Virus record (IMG/VR): IMGVR_UViG_3300010413_000010
Coordinates: 34,635 to 98,634 of that record
Length of the DNA stretch: 64,000 bases
Reading direction: 5' to 3' (one strand)
DNA from: a virus
The position numbers were made by a program, and so were the translations under genes. How positions within the stretch are numbered: the stretch's first letter is position 1; each line of letters begins with the position of its first letter. The notes below the pieces were generated by a model, which was not told the origin of the DNA, searched no databases, and saw only the letters and a list, made by a program, of their open reading frames with translations. Below, one piece after another: positions 20,078 through 29,646 of this stretch.

Positions 20078-20108
20078 CCCCTCGGCGCCGTCCGGGGGGT
20101 TTTCTTTT
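20078..20108 (+). terminator. Terminator after higA
   Basis: acccctcgg/ccggggggt stem followed by a T-rich tail. Confidence 0.65.
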
Positions 20109-20149
20109 ATAGTAACTCGGATTATAGTAACCCCCGTTACTATAACTGC

Positions 20150-20818
20150 TTATGGGAGAATCTGAAGATTGATAATCTTTGGATCGCAATCCTTGTCCCA
20201 CGGAAACCTGTTGTCTTTATCCGGCCATACCAACTGTAACGCTGGGAACCTTTTTACTCCATCGTAATAGACGTCTGCCTGACAGAGATATTTATCTTTT
20301 GTTTCGTCATTCAGTTTCCTGAAATAGACAGGCACTTCGTTTTGAAGTAAGTCAGTGTACCTGATTTCTGGCCGGAACGTTCGATTATCTTCGGCAATCA
20401 TCTCTACAAGATCACAGATAAAGGTGTGAGCCATTTGAAAACTGATACCGAAAATAATAATCTCTGGGTGACGATAAGTTTCAAATAGTCCAATGGAGTA
20501 GGTAAAGCACGGAGAATCTTCATCTTCTCCAACACCGATACCTGCCCATCCATATTCTGCTATGAGACTTTTAACATCGTCCGGTAGTGATTTACATTTC
20601 CCCTGCGCCTCTTCATAGGCAAGCCAGTGAGTTACTTCATCGACGAGCCAGCCTCGGGTCCCGGAGAAGATGTCGCACTCTTTGTCCATCTCTTCGATGT
20701 ACCTTCGCTCGTAAGTTCCTTCTGAGAATCCGGTATGCTCAAAATAGTAAACGACTTTTTGGCCGTGCGCTGGTTTCCGGTCACTCATCTTGATAAAATC
20801 GTCGAGGTTGTATCCCAT
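20150..20818 (-). CDS. DUF4262-like domain protein with N-terminal DUF551-like domain
   Basis: VTHW motif, then F.YSIGL...HPEIII.G and ALQLVWPD...FPW. Confidence 0.7.
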   Translation of the reverse strand: MGYNLDDFIKMSDRKPAHGQKVVYYFEHTGFSEGTYERRYIEEMDKECDIFSGTRGWLVDEVTHWLAYEEAQGKCKSLPDDVKSLIAEYGWAGIGVGEDEDSPCFTYSIGLFETYRHPEIIIFGISFQMAHTFICDLVEMIAEDNRTFRPEIRYTDLLQNEVPVYFRKLNDETKDKYLCQADVYYDGVKRFPALQLVWPDKDNRFPWDKDCDPKIINLQILP

Positions 20819-20820
20819 AA

Positions 20821-21012
20821 CTATTCCTCCGTCTTGTTGTATTTCCACGCAGCTTGAAATCCTGACCATTTCGCCTTTATATCTCTGGCTACTTCTTCAA
20901 GTTGCGGGTCCTCTTCATAGTACATGTAATCTTCCCCATCAAAATCCAGGAAGTCGGGAACTTCAAAGAATGTTTCAAAGATACATTGACACTGTGATTT
21001 CATCTCTTGCAC
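20821..21012 (-). CDS. Small acidic hypothetical protein
   Basis: Packed operon ORF. Confidence 0.45.
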   Translation of the reverse strand: MQEMKSQCQCIFETFFEVPDFLDFDGEDYMYYEEDPQLEEVARDIKAKWSGFQAAWKYNKTEE

Positions 21013-21050
21013 ACCTCTTAGTAGACAGAATCCTGATTATATGAACCAGT

Positions 21051-21257
21051 TTACAGGTCCTTTCCGGCGTCTTTCCAGCCGTCCTCGGACCGTAGTTTGG
21101 CGCCTCCAATACGTAAGTCCAGTGCAATCTTCAGATAGTAATCTCTTTGGTCCTTATAGAAAAGACCCAGACTTTCGGCATCTTCCAGGGCTTTCGACAT
21201 ATTGTCCATCTTAGAGGATAATTCAACCCGTTTTACCGCTCGTTCGATATCTGTCAT
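21051..21257 (-). CDS. Hypothetical protein
   Basis: GGAGG RBS, TAATG coupling. Confidence 0.55.
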   Translation of the reverse strand: MTDIERAVKRVELSSKMDNMSKALEDAESLGLFYKDQRDYYLKIALDLRIGGAKLRSEDGWKDAGKDL

Positions 21258-21709
21258 TACGCCTCCTGTATTTTGGTCAAATCTATCGGATGTTTCCGGT
21301 TTACGATTTTCCCTTTCTTAATAATCTCTTTAGCATACAGTTGCTCTCCGGTGAATTTATAATGAAGGTACGCAACCCGGCAGTCAAACGTTTTGCAGAG
21401 CTTTGGTAAATTATCATGGATACCACATTTTCCGTCTTCCAGGTATACGCAGTCTCCGTTTTTGCGCTGTGGAATCAGCCACGTCTCAGGCTCTTCACAG
21501 ATTTTCTTTTTGAGTGGATGGGCTTGAATATCATCGATGGCCGCAAAGATTGTCACAGCAGAGTGACTACAGCAGAGGTTACAGTTCCCACAGAATTTCC
21601 CGTGATATTGGTACTGCAGATACATCGTCGGGTCTTTTGGGATAGACACTGGTAACCCGGTAATTCCTTCCGTAATTAGAATGATATCATCTTGGCTCGT
21701 GTCTATCAT
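21257..21709 (-). CDS. YkgJ-like Cys-cluster protein
   Basis: CGNCNLCC...CVYL...C.IH...P..C..FDC. Confidence 0.75.
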   Translation of the reverse strand: MIDTSQDDIILITEGITGLPVSIPKDPTMYLQYQYHGKFCGNCNLCCSHSAVTIFAAIDDIQAHPLKKKICEEPETWLIPQRKNGDCVYLEDGKCGIHDNLPKLCKTFDCRVAYLHYKFTGEQLYAKEIIKKGKIVNRKHPIDLTKIQEA

Positions 21710-22011
21710 ACAGTCTCTGTCTCATCCTGATCGATCCAGCCAATAGTCAGGGACTCCCACGTATCGACCGTTTTTTTATACACTAAGTAATCGCTTACTT
21801 TACGCAAAAGGATATAATTTAGGATCGCACTGCATAGTAGAAGAACATGCCAAATTGCAGTTGTTGGGGCGGAGCCTGTTTTTATCAGAAGAAATGCTGC
21901 AACAACTAAACGGCCTCCAGCCACCCCCATCAGTACTAAGCTACATGAAGAAAGGATCGAGGAAACAAGAATTATTCTTCTGGTTTTCTTTGTCATCATC
22001 GTATTTTCCAT
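21706..22011 (-). CDS. Membrane protein
   Basis: Two hydrophobic segments. Confidence 0.55.
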   Translation of the reverse strand: MENTMMTKKTRRIILVSSILSSCSLVLMGVAGGRLVVAAFLLIKTGSAPTTAIWHVLLLCSAILNYILLRKVSDYLVYKKTVDTWESLTIGWIDQDETETV

Positions 22012-23081
22012 ACCTCCCCAGATTCCCGCTCTGGCAGATGTGGAAGTCTGATTTGTGGTTCAATCCAAACGGGTTTCTTCACTTCACCCTTGATCCGGTT
22101 CCCCGCCTCGTCTTTCCGTTTCCCATACCAGTAGTAATTGAAGTGTCCAGCTACTCTGATCTGGTACTTGTAATCCTTCTTGTACCCGGCTTCGGCAAGC
22201 TGTGCCTGGACGTATTTTTTATATTTTCCGCCGACATAACGAACAACATAATCAGCTTCTTCCTTTAGCTGCCGTTCGGCTCTTCGACGTTTTTTCGGAT
22301 TGGAAATTTTCTTTATGTAATCATGCGTCCAATCAGGACCAACCTTCTCAACATCATCTTGCAGTTCAAGATAAGCTCCCAGTGTAAAAACAAGGTTGAT
22401 AATAACGTCGCGCATCTTGAGGAAAACATCTTTGTATTCCTTAGTATTAAGGGTTTGGTCTTCGCCAACATACTGGTCGTTTCTCCGGTCCCGCAACACT
22501 TCCGCGAGGGCTTCATTGGAGAACTCATGATCCTTTCGAATTGTCATGAAGGTGTACCCACTGCAGTGAATATGTTCTGGCGGTGTCATCTTGTCCGAGG
22601 ACCACTCCTTGACTACTGTCCTTAAATCGGCAATCCGCAACAAGTAGTGATCCCCTTTTTCATGCCATTGAACATGAATGGCTTCGATCCTTTCAACCTG
22701 ATCCATTTCCGGGTGCCCGATATCTGCATGAGAAATATTGGGGTACAAGATAAAAGAATTCGACGGAAAGGCATCTGCAGGGAAGACCCCCCTGTAGCTG
22801 GTATTTACCAAAGCAAGCGCCAGATCGCGCTCCAACATTAAGACAGTCTTGGATTTTTTAAACTCTTTTGCCATGTAAGCATGAACTGCCATGAGGTTGT
22901 CCCGGAGGTCCATCTCCACATCTTTACCGAGGAGAGTATCAGCAAGGGGACCAACCCATTCTGGATGCCCTTGGTTTGCATGTCTAAACGTCTCAATAAG
23001 TTCTTCCCGAGTCTTGGTTTTTGCTTCTTCAAGGAACCCGTCGAGGATTTCGAAGTAGTAGTCATGCAACTGCTTTTTCAT
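21996..23081 (-). CDS. Conserved phage protein of unknown function
   Basis: 361 aa; C-terminal V.GHF..YW.G...WI.P motif. Confidence 0.7.
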   Translation of the reverse strand: MKKQLHDYYFEILDGFLEEAKTKTREELIETFRHANQGHPEWVGPLADTLLGKDVEMDLRDNLMAVHAYMAKEFKKSKTVLMLERDLALALVNTSYRGVFPADAFPSNSFILYPNISHADIGHPEMDQVERIEAIHVQWHEKGDHYLLRIADLRTVVKEWSSDKMTPPEHIHCSGYTFMTIRKDHEFSNEALAEVLRDRRNDQYVGEDQTLNTKEYKDVFLKMRDVIINLVFTLGAYLELQDDVEKVGPDWTHDYIKKISNPKKRRRAERQLKEEADYVVRYVGGKYKKYVQAQLAEAGYKKDYKYQIRVAGHFNYYWYGKRKDEAGNRIKGEVKKPVWIEPQIRLPHLPERESGEVWKIR

Positions 23082-23157
23082 AACTGTCCTTAATTTTTAA
23101 TATTGAACATAGAAAGTTCCGGGGCCAGAGGCGGCCCCGGCATTTAAACAAATTCCT

Positions 23158-24183
23158 TTAACGGTAGGCAGGATTGTTGTACGATTGCTTTCTCTCACGT
23201 TGACGCATTGCAAACTCAATAGCAGGTTTTCGGCGCCAGTACTTTCTTCTCCCCCACTTCACGTCAGGGATTCCGCTGTTTGGTTGAAGGGTTTTCCCTG
23301 ATATACGAATGGTCGCAAGAGAATATGGAGAGAAATCAGCGAACTCTTCCATGTCTACATACTCTTTACGAATGGCATCAGCCTCATCTTGGCACGTAAC
23401 AACAGAACCATCAATAGCAATCTGATAATCAAAAGTAAGAGCTCCTGCTTTCGTCTTATTATAAGTCACAGCCAGGGCAGCAAGGTATTCTTCGCAGGAG
23501 TGGCATTGATCAAGGTCGAGCCCGTGACGCTCAAAGTTGGTCATAAATTTCTCTCGGTCGAATTTTGGATGTAGAATAAACATCAAAATTGCTTCGTTGA
23601 ACGTAGCAGACCGATTATAGCCATCTCTGGTTATTGCGTAGCCTACCTCAAGGTATAGCTTCATGAGTGTATTATGTTCCTTTTCTCTTTCTGGGTTTTT
23701 TGCCCAGCGCCCAGCCTTGAAGTCTTTGTTCGCCCCTTTGTTCTCAACAAGGGCCTTCAGGGGATCAGGTCGCCAGAGATAGATTGATGGTAAAAGATTA
23801 ACAGTATACTCATCCATGAATTCTTCTAAATAGAGGTACTGTTCCAGTTCCATCTTTGCATAGAGCTTTTGGTAATCCATCAGTGTCCAGCGAGACTGAG
23901 TAGTGTTCAATTTTGCGATAGCTGCTGGCAATTGTTTTTTCTGTAGGTCAGGAATCACCACTGCAGGTATTACCATTCCTTCTCGAACACCGGCGATGGC
24001 CCTGTGCTGTCCATCGAAGATTTCCCAACTCCCTCTGTGCTCTCGGACCGCAATAGGCATTAAAAACCCAAACTGTCGTAGCGAATCTCTTAGCTTGTCA
24101 ACCTGGTTTTCATCAATGTCGCGGTTGAACTCAAGGTACTTTAGTCTGTCGTAATCCTTCGGTGCAATTGCAATCAAATTCAT
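23158..24183 (-). CDS. ParB/sulfiredoxin N-terminal domain protein
   Basis: NR.I...V..L..S....G...PI.V and IFDGQHR. Confidence 0.75.
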   Translation of the reverse strand: MNLIAIAPKDYDRLKYLEFNRDIDENQVDKLRDSLRQFGFLMPIAVREHRGSWEIFDGQHRAIAGVREGMVIPAVVIPDLQKKQLPAAIAKLNTTQSRWTLMDYQKLYAKMELEQYLYLEEFMDEYTVNLLPSIYLWRPDPLKALVENKGANKDFKAGRWAKNPEREKEHNTLMKLYLEVGYAITRDGYNRSATFNEAILMFILHPKFDREKFMTNFERHGLDLDQCHSCEEYLAALAVTYNKTKAGALTFDYQIAIDGSVVTCQDEADAIRKEYVDMEEFADFSPYSLATIRISGKTLQPNSGIPDVKWGRRKYWRRKPAIEFAMRQRERKQSYNNPAYR

Positions 24184-24279
24184 TTTAACTCTCCCATAAC
24201 TTTTGCATTTTCTGCGAGGTTATCCTAACATGATATGGCGAATTTGTACACAATTAAAAGTTTTTGATTGATTACTTTC

Positions 24280-24858
24280 CTACGAGTTTATCCCTTTTCG
24301 GTAGATTGCCAAGGCTCTTTCAAACGCAGCAGATTTGTGGTATCCGCACGTCTCATATTCATAGCAATATCCTCGATATATACAATCGGGAACACAGACA
24401 TCATATATATCTGGGTCTACTCGCGCGACTTCATCAAGCACTTTTACCCAAGCTTCTCTTGTCTCTTTTGAAGCTTGATTACACAATCGTTTCCTCGATA
24501 TATTGATTAAAGCTTGAGCGTTAGCTTCAAACTCATGCTCTACAAGAGCCCCTTGAGGAATCGTATCTCGATCAATACCTGTTCTATCTGACCTTTGAGT
24601 TCTGACCCAGTGAACAATTCCGAGCCAATGTCGCACAAAATGGGTCGAGACCCAATAAGGGAGATTTCTCCATTTCACCTTCACAATTAGCTGTCGGATT
24701 GGCGAGTGTTCCGCCAGAAGCATCCGGCGCCGCCACTGTCGGGACGGATCACTCCTCCCCGGTTCCCGGTGGATGGTGGTCCTGGCAGCATCAGCTACAT
24801 CCCGCCAGGACCCTTTCAGTTTTATGGGCTCACAGTAGGTTTGCACTTTTTTATCCAC
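24280..24858 (-). CDS. thyX: Flavin-dependent thymidylate synthase
   Basis: EHSPIR, HFVRH, QRSDR, NAQALINISRKRLC; GTG start after GGAG. Confidence 0.75.
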   Translation of the reverse strand: MDKKVQTYCEPIKLKGSWRDVADAARTTIHREPGRSDPSRQWRRRMLLAEHSPIRQLIVKVKWRNLPYWVSTHFVRHWLGIVHWVRTQRSDRTGIDRDTIPQGALVEHEFEANAQALINISRKRLCNQASKETREAWVKVLDEVARVDPDIYDVCVPDCIYRGYCYEYETCGYHKSAAFERALAIYRKGINS

Positions 24859-25060
24859 GCACAAACTCCACATCTATAGCTCCGAGTTTTCCCTCAGATT
24901 CATTGATAATTACGCTGAGATAGTTCTTGCAGTCTTCATCCAAGGCAATAACAGTTTCATAATTCCCTTGGAGGTACTCTCGCTTGGTGCCATCGATACA
25001 CTCAAACTCAGTGCCAGCGGGAATGACAATATCAGATTTTGTTCTAATCTTCACTCCCAT
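24851..25060 (-). CDS. Hypothetical protein
   Basis: GGAGG RBS, packed operon. Confidence 0.5.
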   Translation of the reverse strand: MGVKIRTKSDIVIPAGTEFECIDGTKREYLQGNYETVIALDEDCKNYLSVIINESEGKLGAIDVEFVRG

Positions 25061-25295
25061 CTTGCACCTCCAACGCCGCAATAGTTACAAGAAGCCCTTC
25101 CCCGTCGATATAGAAAAAGTCTCCATCAGTATCAATAAAACTAACGAACAATAATCTCTCGCTTCCTCTAAAAACCGATATCTCGTGCATAAGTTCAGCA
25201 CCATCCTTTGCCTCGGAGAGGATAGTCGTGTCCACAGCAGTTCCGTCGGGCTTCTGTGCGTGGATCAAGTATTCTGTTAAACATTCTGTTTTCAT
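25044..25295 (-). CDS. Hypothetical protein
   Basis: ATGA coupling. Confidence 0.5.
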   Translation of the reverse strand: MKTECLTEYLIHAQKPDGTAVDTTILSEAKDGAELMHEISVFRGSERLLFVSFIDTDGDFFYIDGEGLLVTIAALEVQDGSED

Positions 25296-25921
25296 TCTTT
25301 AATCACCTTTACCTTTGAAATGTAATCGTCTCCGCGAGAAACCCGGAAGACCTTGTCGGAGTGCTCGATAACATCGCTCTCCTTATTGTGCGTGATCATG
25401 ATGATCTGGAGCTCAAGCTTTTTACTGAGCGTCGAGACCATCTCCATTACTGCTTCCTGAAGGTTTTCAGAAACATGTTTAAAAGGCTCATCCAAGATAA
25501 ACGTTGATCTAGTCAGGGGAGTTGAGATATTCCACAAAGCCAGTCGAAGGGCAAAGGCTGCTACATCGACAACACCAAACCCTGAAGAAGCAAGCGGTGA
25601 GAACCGAACCCCGTTCCGGGTAAAGTAAAGAGAACATTCGGTCTTGCCCCGTTTTACTTCAAAATCAACTTCAAAATCGTAAGCCTCGTGTTGGTATACG
25701 ATATCCAGCGCAGAGGTGACTATTGGCTCGATGGAGAGTTTTAACTTCTCCTGTGTCGCCAGGGCAACCTCTTGGACGACCAACTGCCCCGCCTCTATAT
25801 CCAGATATTCCTCATCGACATCTCCAAGCTGCTGAGTGATCTCCCGCGACTGCCGTCGCAAGATGTCACGCTGTCCTACAAGTTGCGAGATTTCTGTACC
25901 CATGCGTTCCATGCTGAACAC
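25292..25921 (-). CDS. SbcC/Rad50-like ATPase, C-terminal half
   Basis: Signature SSGFG, Walker B FILDEPF, H-loop MITH; no Walker A. Confidence 0.8.
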   Translation of the reverse strand: MFSMERMGTEISQLVGQRDILRRQSREITQQLGDVDEEYLDIEAGQLVVQEVALATQEKLKLSIEPIVTSALDIVYQHEAYDFEVDFEVKRGKTECSLYFTRNGVRFSPLASSGFGVVDVAAFALRLALWNISTPLTRSTFILDEPFKHVSENLQEAVMEMVSTLSKKLELQIIMITHNKESDVIEHSDKVFRVSRGDDYISKVKVIKE

Positions 25922-26073
25922 TCGGTAACCTCCTCATCGTCTTTGAGCAGTTCGCTTAATTGAGAGGCCTGGTTAACGGCACTTTCCATAAGCTGCTGCC
26001 GGGGTATTTTCAGCTCTTCTTTTCGAAGAAGCTCCGCATAAATCAGACCTGTTGCAAGTTCTTTAAATGTCAT
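25876..26073 (-). CDS. Hypothetical protein
   Basis: ATGA coupling to the SbcD-like gene. Confidence 0.45.
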   Translation of the reverse strand: MTFKELATGLIYAELLRKEELKIPRQQLMESAVNQASQLSELLKDDEEVTECSAWNAWVQKSRNL

Positions 26074-26963
26074 TCAAGCCACCCCATAATTAATAGACCG
26101 ATTCCATCGTCAACATCATTCGTTCGGATGTATTTAAGGAGATTGTCTCGATAGTCGAGAGTCAGACCGCGCACCTCTGAAAACTTCTTCCCGAGCGCTT
26201 CCAGCCGTTGATCTCTCGCCTCTTCATATTCAATGTGGGAATCATCAAGGATATCCCACTCTATTGGAACTGAGACGGCTTCAAGCTTCTTTGTAGCCGC
26301 ATCGAAGACGAATACATGCGGACAATGCTCTTTTTGAGCCGCAGTATCGCGCTTGAAGCTCCCTGGGTTGATCAGGACTCTTCCATCCATTTCTTCGACG
26401 AAACACTGGTGATTGTCGCCGGTCAAAATGATGTCGTACTCTGGGAATTCCTTTAGGAGGTCTCTCGCTATTTTGCCGTCCATATGAGGGTCAGGTTCTT
26501 GGGAGACATACCCATGCCAGACAGCGATTTGAGTAATTGTTTTCAGTGCCGGAACATGCTCTATAATTTCTCCGTAGTTGTATCCATAGACACGTACAGG
26601 ATCGACCCCCTCTTCTTCTGTCTCGAAGGTCGTAGGCTTATCAAGTCTCCTGAACCGGCCGGTCTTTTCAAGAAAACCAAGAGTTGTTTTTTTCCAGAGC
26701 TCTATGTTGTGGTGGAGCTCGTCATGGTTACCGTAAACTCCATGTAGTAAGGGGAGCTCGTCATCCAGATACGAGGCGAAGGTGAGAGGTTCAGCCCTTT
26801 CCCTTGAGCGATCCACGATGTCTCCAGCGCAAATCTGAACGTAGTATGGAAAGGTTTCTCTGAGCCACTTAATCAGCTTCCCTTGAGTAGTGAAATAATC
26901 ATCCTTCCGTGCTACTGGGACGGTTGATCGCAAATGAAGGTCTGCAGAAAATACGAACTTCAT
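26070..26963 (-). CDS. SbcD/Mre11-like nuclease
   Basis: ADLH, AGD, GNHD, GDNH and NPGS motifs. Confidence 0.85.
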   Translation of the reverse strand: MKFVFSADLHLRSTVPVARKDDYFTTQGKLIKWLRETFPYYVQICAGDIVDRSRERAEPLTFASYLDDELPLLHGVYGNHDELHHNIELWKKTTLGFLEKTGRFRRLDKPTTFETEEEGVDPVRVYGYNYGEIIEHVPALKTITQIAVWHGYVSQEPDPHMDGKIARDLLKEFPEYDIILTGDNHQCFVEEMDGRVLINPGSFKRDTAAQKEHCPHVFVFDAATKKLEAVSVPIEWDILDDSHIEYEEARDQRLEALGKKFSEVRGLTLDYRDNLLKYIRTNDVDDGIGLLIMGWLE

Positions 26964-27181
26964 TCATCTTCCTCCATTTTAAATATCTTTTTAGCAGTTA
27001 TAATTCCAACTACATAAAGAACTGTGACAGGCCAAAGGCAAGACATTATTAACGCTATGTCGTAATCGTCTTCAACGTGGTCGTAGTGGGATACCCCGAA
27101 GTCCAGCTTCACGAAGACGCAGAAAGCGAGACCCCCGAGATACGCATACAGGGCGATGTAGAATAGGACTATTAAAAACAT
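26960..27181 (-). CDS. Small membrane protein
   Basis: Two TM helices, LWPV motif. Confidence 0.55.
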   Translation of the reverse strand: MFLIVLFYIALYAYLGGLAFCVFVKLDFGVSHYDHVEDDYDIALIMSCLWPVTVLYVVGIITAKKIFKMEEDE

Positions 27182-28384
27182 TTATTCTCCTAGGCGGTGG
27201 CCACAGAGAATGCAGGAGTCTCCCATGGCCTCATCGAATTCTTCTATTAACTGGTTAAGAGTTGCCTCTTCCATCTCAATACCTTCTTGCAGTCCCTTCG
27301 CCTCAACATACAGGTTTTTGAGAGACTCAAGACTGGTGGCCGTTGATGTCAGCCGCCCCTGCTTTCGGTCGATTCTCGCAAAATCAATGTCAGGGAGCAT
27401 TCTGCCGAGAACCCGTTGGATTTCTTCAATATGGCGGACAGCCCCGTCCATTTCTGACTTGTCTATGAAAAGTGCCGATTCTTTAGCACATAGAGAAAGG
27501 GTTGAATCGATCTTTTTCGAGAGCCCCTCGACATTCTTCGGCATCGCATATTGAATTTTCAAAATTTGTGCGTATATATAGAAGATTTCTGCTTTTTCCT
27601 CTATGAGCGGATCAATCTTTGAAAGAGTCTTTTCTGCCCTGGCTATCCGTTTTTCAAGACGGGAGGCATCCGGCAAAGCAGCTATTTTTTCTTGAAGGGT
27701 ATCTATTTTGGTGACAAGGTCCTGTAGAACAGCAATCTCACTGCTGAGTTCCCCTACCCTATTCTCGTACTCTTGAGATTTTTCGTAGAGGTCTATCAGG
27801 GTGTCTAAGTATTCATATTCCTGCTCTTTCTTCTGATTCTCTTCAAGATTTTTGAGTAGCCGTTTCCGTTCAGCCCGGTTCTGCCTGACAGATCGCTCGG
27901 CGTTTACTAATACTTGGTCTATAAGGTCAAGGTTGGTGTATGAGTTGATTCTCCGAATCACCTCCCCCGCACTTTCCCCAAACAGGAAGAAGTTGTCCTC
28001 CTGCTTCTGGACGTTCAATTCTCCAATATTTAGAAACTCTTGCACTTCTGGTACAGAGCCCCTCCCGAATGCTTTATATTCAACCTTCTCACCATCGATT
28101 TCACTGCTATAGCTATTCTCTACACCCTTCGTTCGAGTGACGGTTCCTTCGTCGGTGGTGATATCGACAACTGCATTTTCTGTGGGCTTTTTCTTGGCAT
28201 CCCACGTCCAGGAGGAGACAAAGGCCGTGCCGTCCGGCTTATTCTCGTTGACAAGATTCAGAGCTCTCATCACTGAGGACTTTCCGTGATCACTTGTTCC
28301 TATAAAGACATTCACACCAGGACAGAATTCAACTTCCGTGTCTTTATGACTTTGAAAATTTCTTAATCGCACTTTTCGGATCAT
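27182..28384 (-). CDS. SbcC/Rad50-like ATPase, N-terminal half
   Basis: NFQSH, Walker A GTSDHGKSS, Q-loop, coiled coil, terminal CILC hook-like motif. Confidence 0.85.
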   Translation of the reverse strand: MIRKVRLRNFQSHKDTEVEFCPGVNVFIGTSDHGKSSVMRALNLVNENKPDGTAFVSSWTWDAKKKPTENAVVDITTDEGTVTRTKGVENSYSSEIDGEKVEYKAFGRGSVPEVQEFLNIGELNVQKQEDNFFLFGESAGEVIRRINSYTNLDLIDQVLVNAERSVRQNRAERKRLLKNLEENQKKEQEYEYLDTLIDLYEKSQEYENRVGELSSEIAVLQDLVTKIDTLQEKIAALPDASRLEKRIARAEKTLSKIDPLIEEKAEIFYIYAQILKIQYAMPKNVEGLSKKIDSTLSLCAKESALFIDKSEMDGAVRHIEEIQRVLGRMLPDIDFARIDRKQGRLTSTATSLESLKNLYVEAKGLQEGIEMEEATLNQLIEEFDEAMGDSCILCGHRLGE

Positions 28385-28884
28385 GGCAAACCTCGTCGAT
28401 AATCTTCTATATAAAGGAGCGGATTTACTCTTTCTCCATTTATGAAGATTTCCAGGTGGAGATGTTCCCCGTCAGACTGACCGGTGTTTCCGATCCTGCC
28501 GATGACATCCCCTGCTTTTACAATTGTTCCTTCCCTGATATATGATTCTGAAAGATGAGCGTAGAGTGACTCGACACCGTTTTCGTGCCGGATGATGATT
28601 GCTCCTCCGTAAATAGGGTGTCCCTTGTAGTAATCGTCAGGTGGGGGCCATGAGTCTGTAACGACTCCATCGGCAACCGCTACAACCTGCGCTTTCCACA
28701 CGGATGCAATATCTACTCCAGAGTGGCAGTGGATCGTTTCTGTCAGAGGACTAACTCTGACCCCAAAAGGGGAGGTGTATCTGCAATCCTCTTCAGCTAT
28801 TGGGAATTTCAGTAAGATATGCTGCGCTGTTAAGTTCCACATACTGAGTACAAACAGCACACCTATGATTTTCTTTCGAGTCAC
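28381..28884 (-). CDS. M23 family peptidase
   Basis: HSGVD, YAHL, GNTGQS..HLHLE; N-terminal signal. Confidence 0.9.
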   Translation of the reverse strand: MTRKKIIGVLFVLSMWNLTAQHILLKFPIAEEDCRYTSPFGVRVSPLTETIHCHSGVDIASVWKAQVVAVADGVVTDSWPPPDDYYKGHPIYGGAIIIRHENGVESLYAHLSESYIREGTIVKAGDVIGRIGNTGQSDGEHLHLEIFINGERVNPLLYIEDYRRGLP

Positions 28885-28895
28885 TCTCGCTCTCC

Positions 28896-29348
28896 TTAAT
28901 TCTTAAAAAAGTAGGAAAAGAACCGTTTAAGATCGAGGATGGCGATAGGATTCATGCCGTTACGCTTATGAACAACAAGCCAGTCCCTCCCCCCCTCTGT
29001 GTTAGCTTTGGCCTGTTCTATAGTAGATTTCAGGTTAAAGCTCTCAACGTTCTTACATTCGATATCGAAAGGGATTTCATCCCGAGCCGGTCCTATGAGC
29101 AGAACATCTGTCCCGGAACCACCCATCATTCGGGGCTGTATCATTTCACTGTCGTAACCCCAAGCGTAGCCGGTATGGTGGCTCAAGATTTCGCAGACAT
29201 CTTGTTGCAGTTTCCTACCTTTCGATTTTCTTGCTGATACCGAGATTGGTTTCAGCTCTTTGTTAATCTTCTTAACCAGCCGTTGGGCCTCTTTGTCATC
29301 GAGAGGCTCCAACAAGCTGACAAGACTTTTTAGGTCTTTTCTATTCAC
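28896..29348 (-). CDS. Holliday junction resolvase-like PD-(D/E)xK nuclease
   Basis: SARKSKGRKLQ, G.D, IECKN, EQA. Confidence 0.7.
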   Translation of the reverse strand: MNRKDLKSLVSLLEPLDDKEAQRLVKKINKELKPISVSARKSKGRKLQQDVCEILSHHTGYAWGYDSEMIQPRMMGGSGTDVLLIGPARDEIPFDIECKNVESFNLKSTIEQAKANTEGGRDWLVVHKRNGMNPIAILDLKRFFSYFFKN

Positions 29349-29643
29349 TGTATTCCTCGAAGTCGAGGTGGTCGCGGTCACCGTCAAAGAACTCTTCTTC
29401 ATCGAAAAGAATAAGCTGCTTCGATGCAGTGATTCGCTTCCTTACCTGGGACGCTGCCTTCCGGCGGAACTTTTCTGGATTCACTTCACAGTCCATAAGA
29501 CGGTAAAGGACCAGTTCTATTCCGTACCGGATGTCAGCATCGATTTCTTCATCTTCAAGAAACGTGATAATTTCATCTGCCATCTCTTCGATGTCTTCAG
29601 TCTCTCGAAGAGTGCGGATGAACGTTTTAAAGCGTTCCCACAT
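29341..29643 (-). CDS. Acidic hypothetical protein
   Basis: GGAGG RBS, packed operon. Confidence 0.6.
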   Translation of the reverse strand: MWERFKTFIRTLRETEDIEEMADEIITFLEDEEIDADIRYGIELVLYRLMDCEVNPEKFRRKAASQVRKRITASKQLILFDEEEFFDGDRDHLDFEEYSE

Positions 29644-29646
29644 AGG

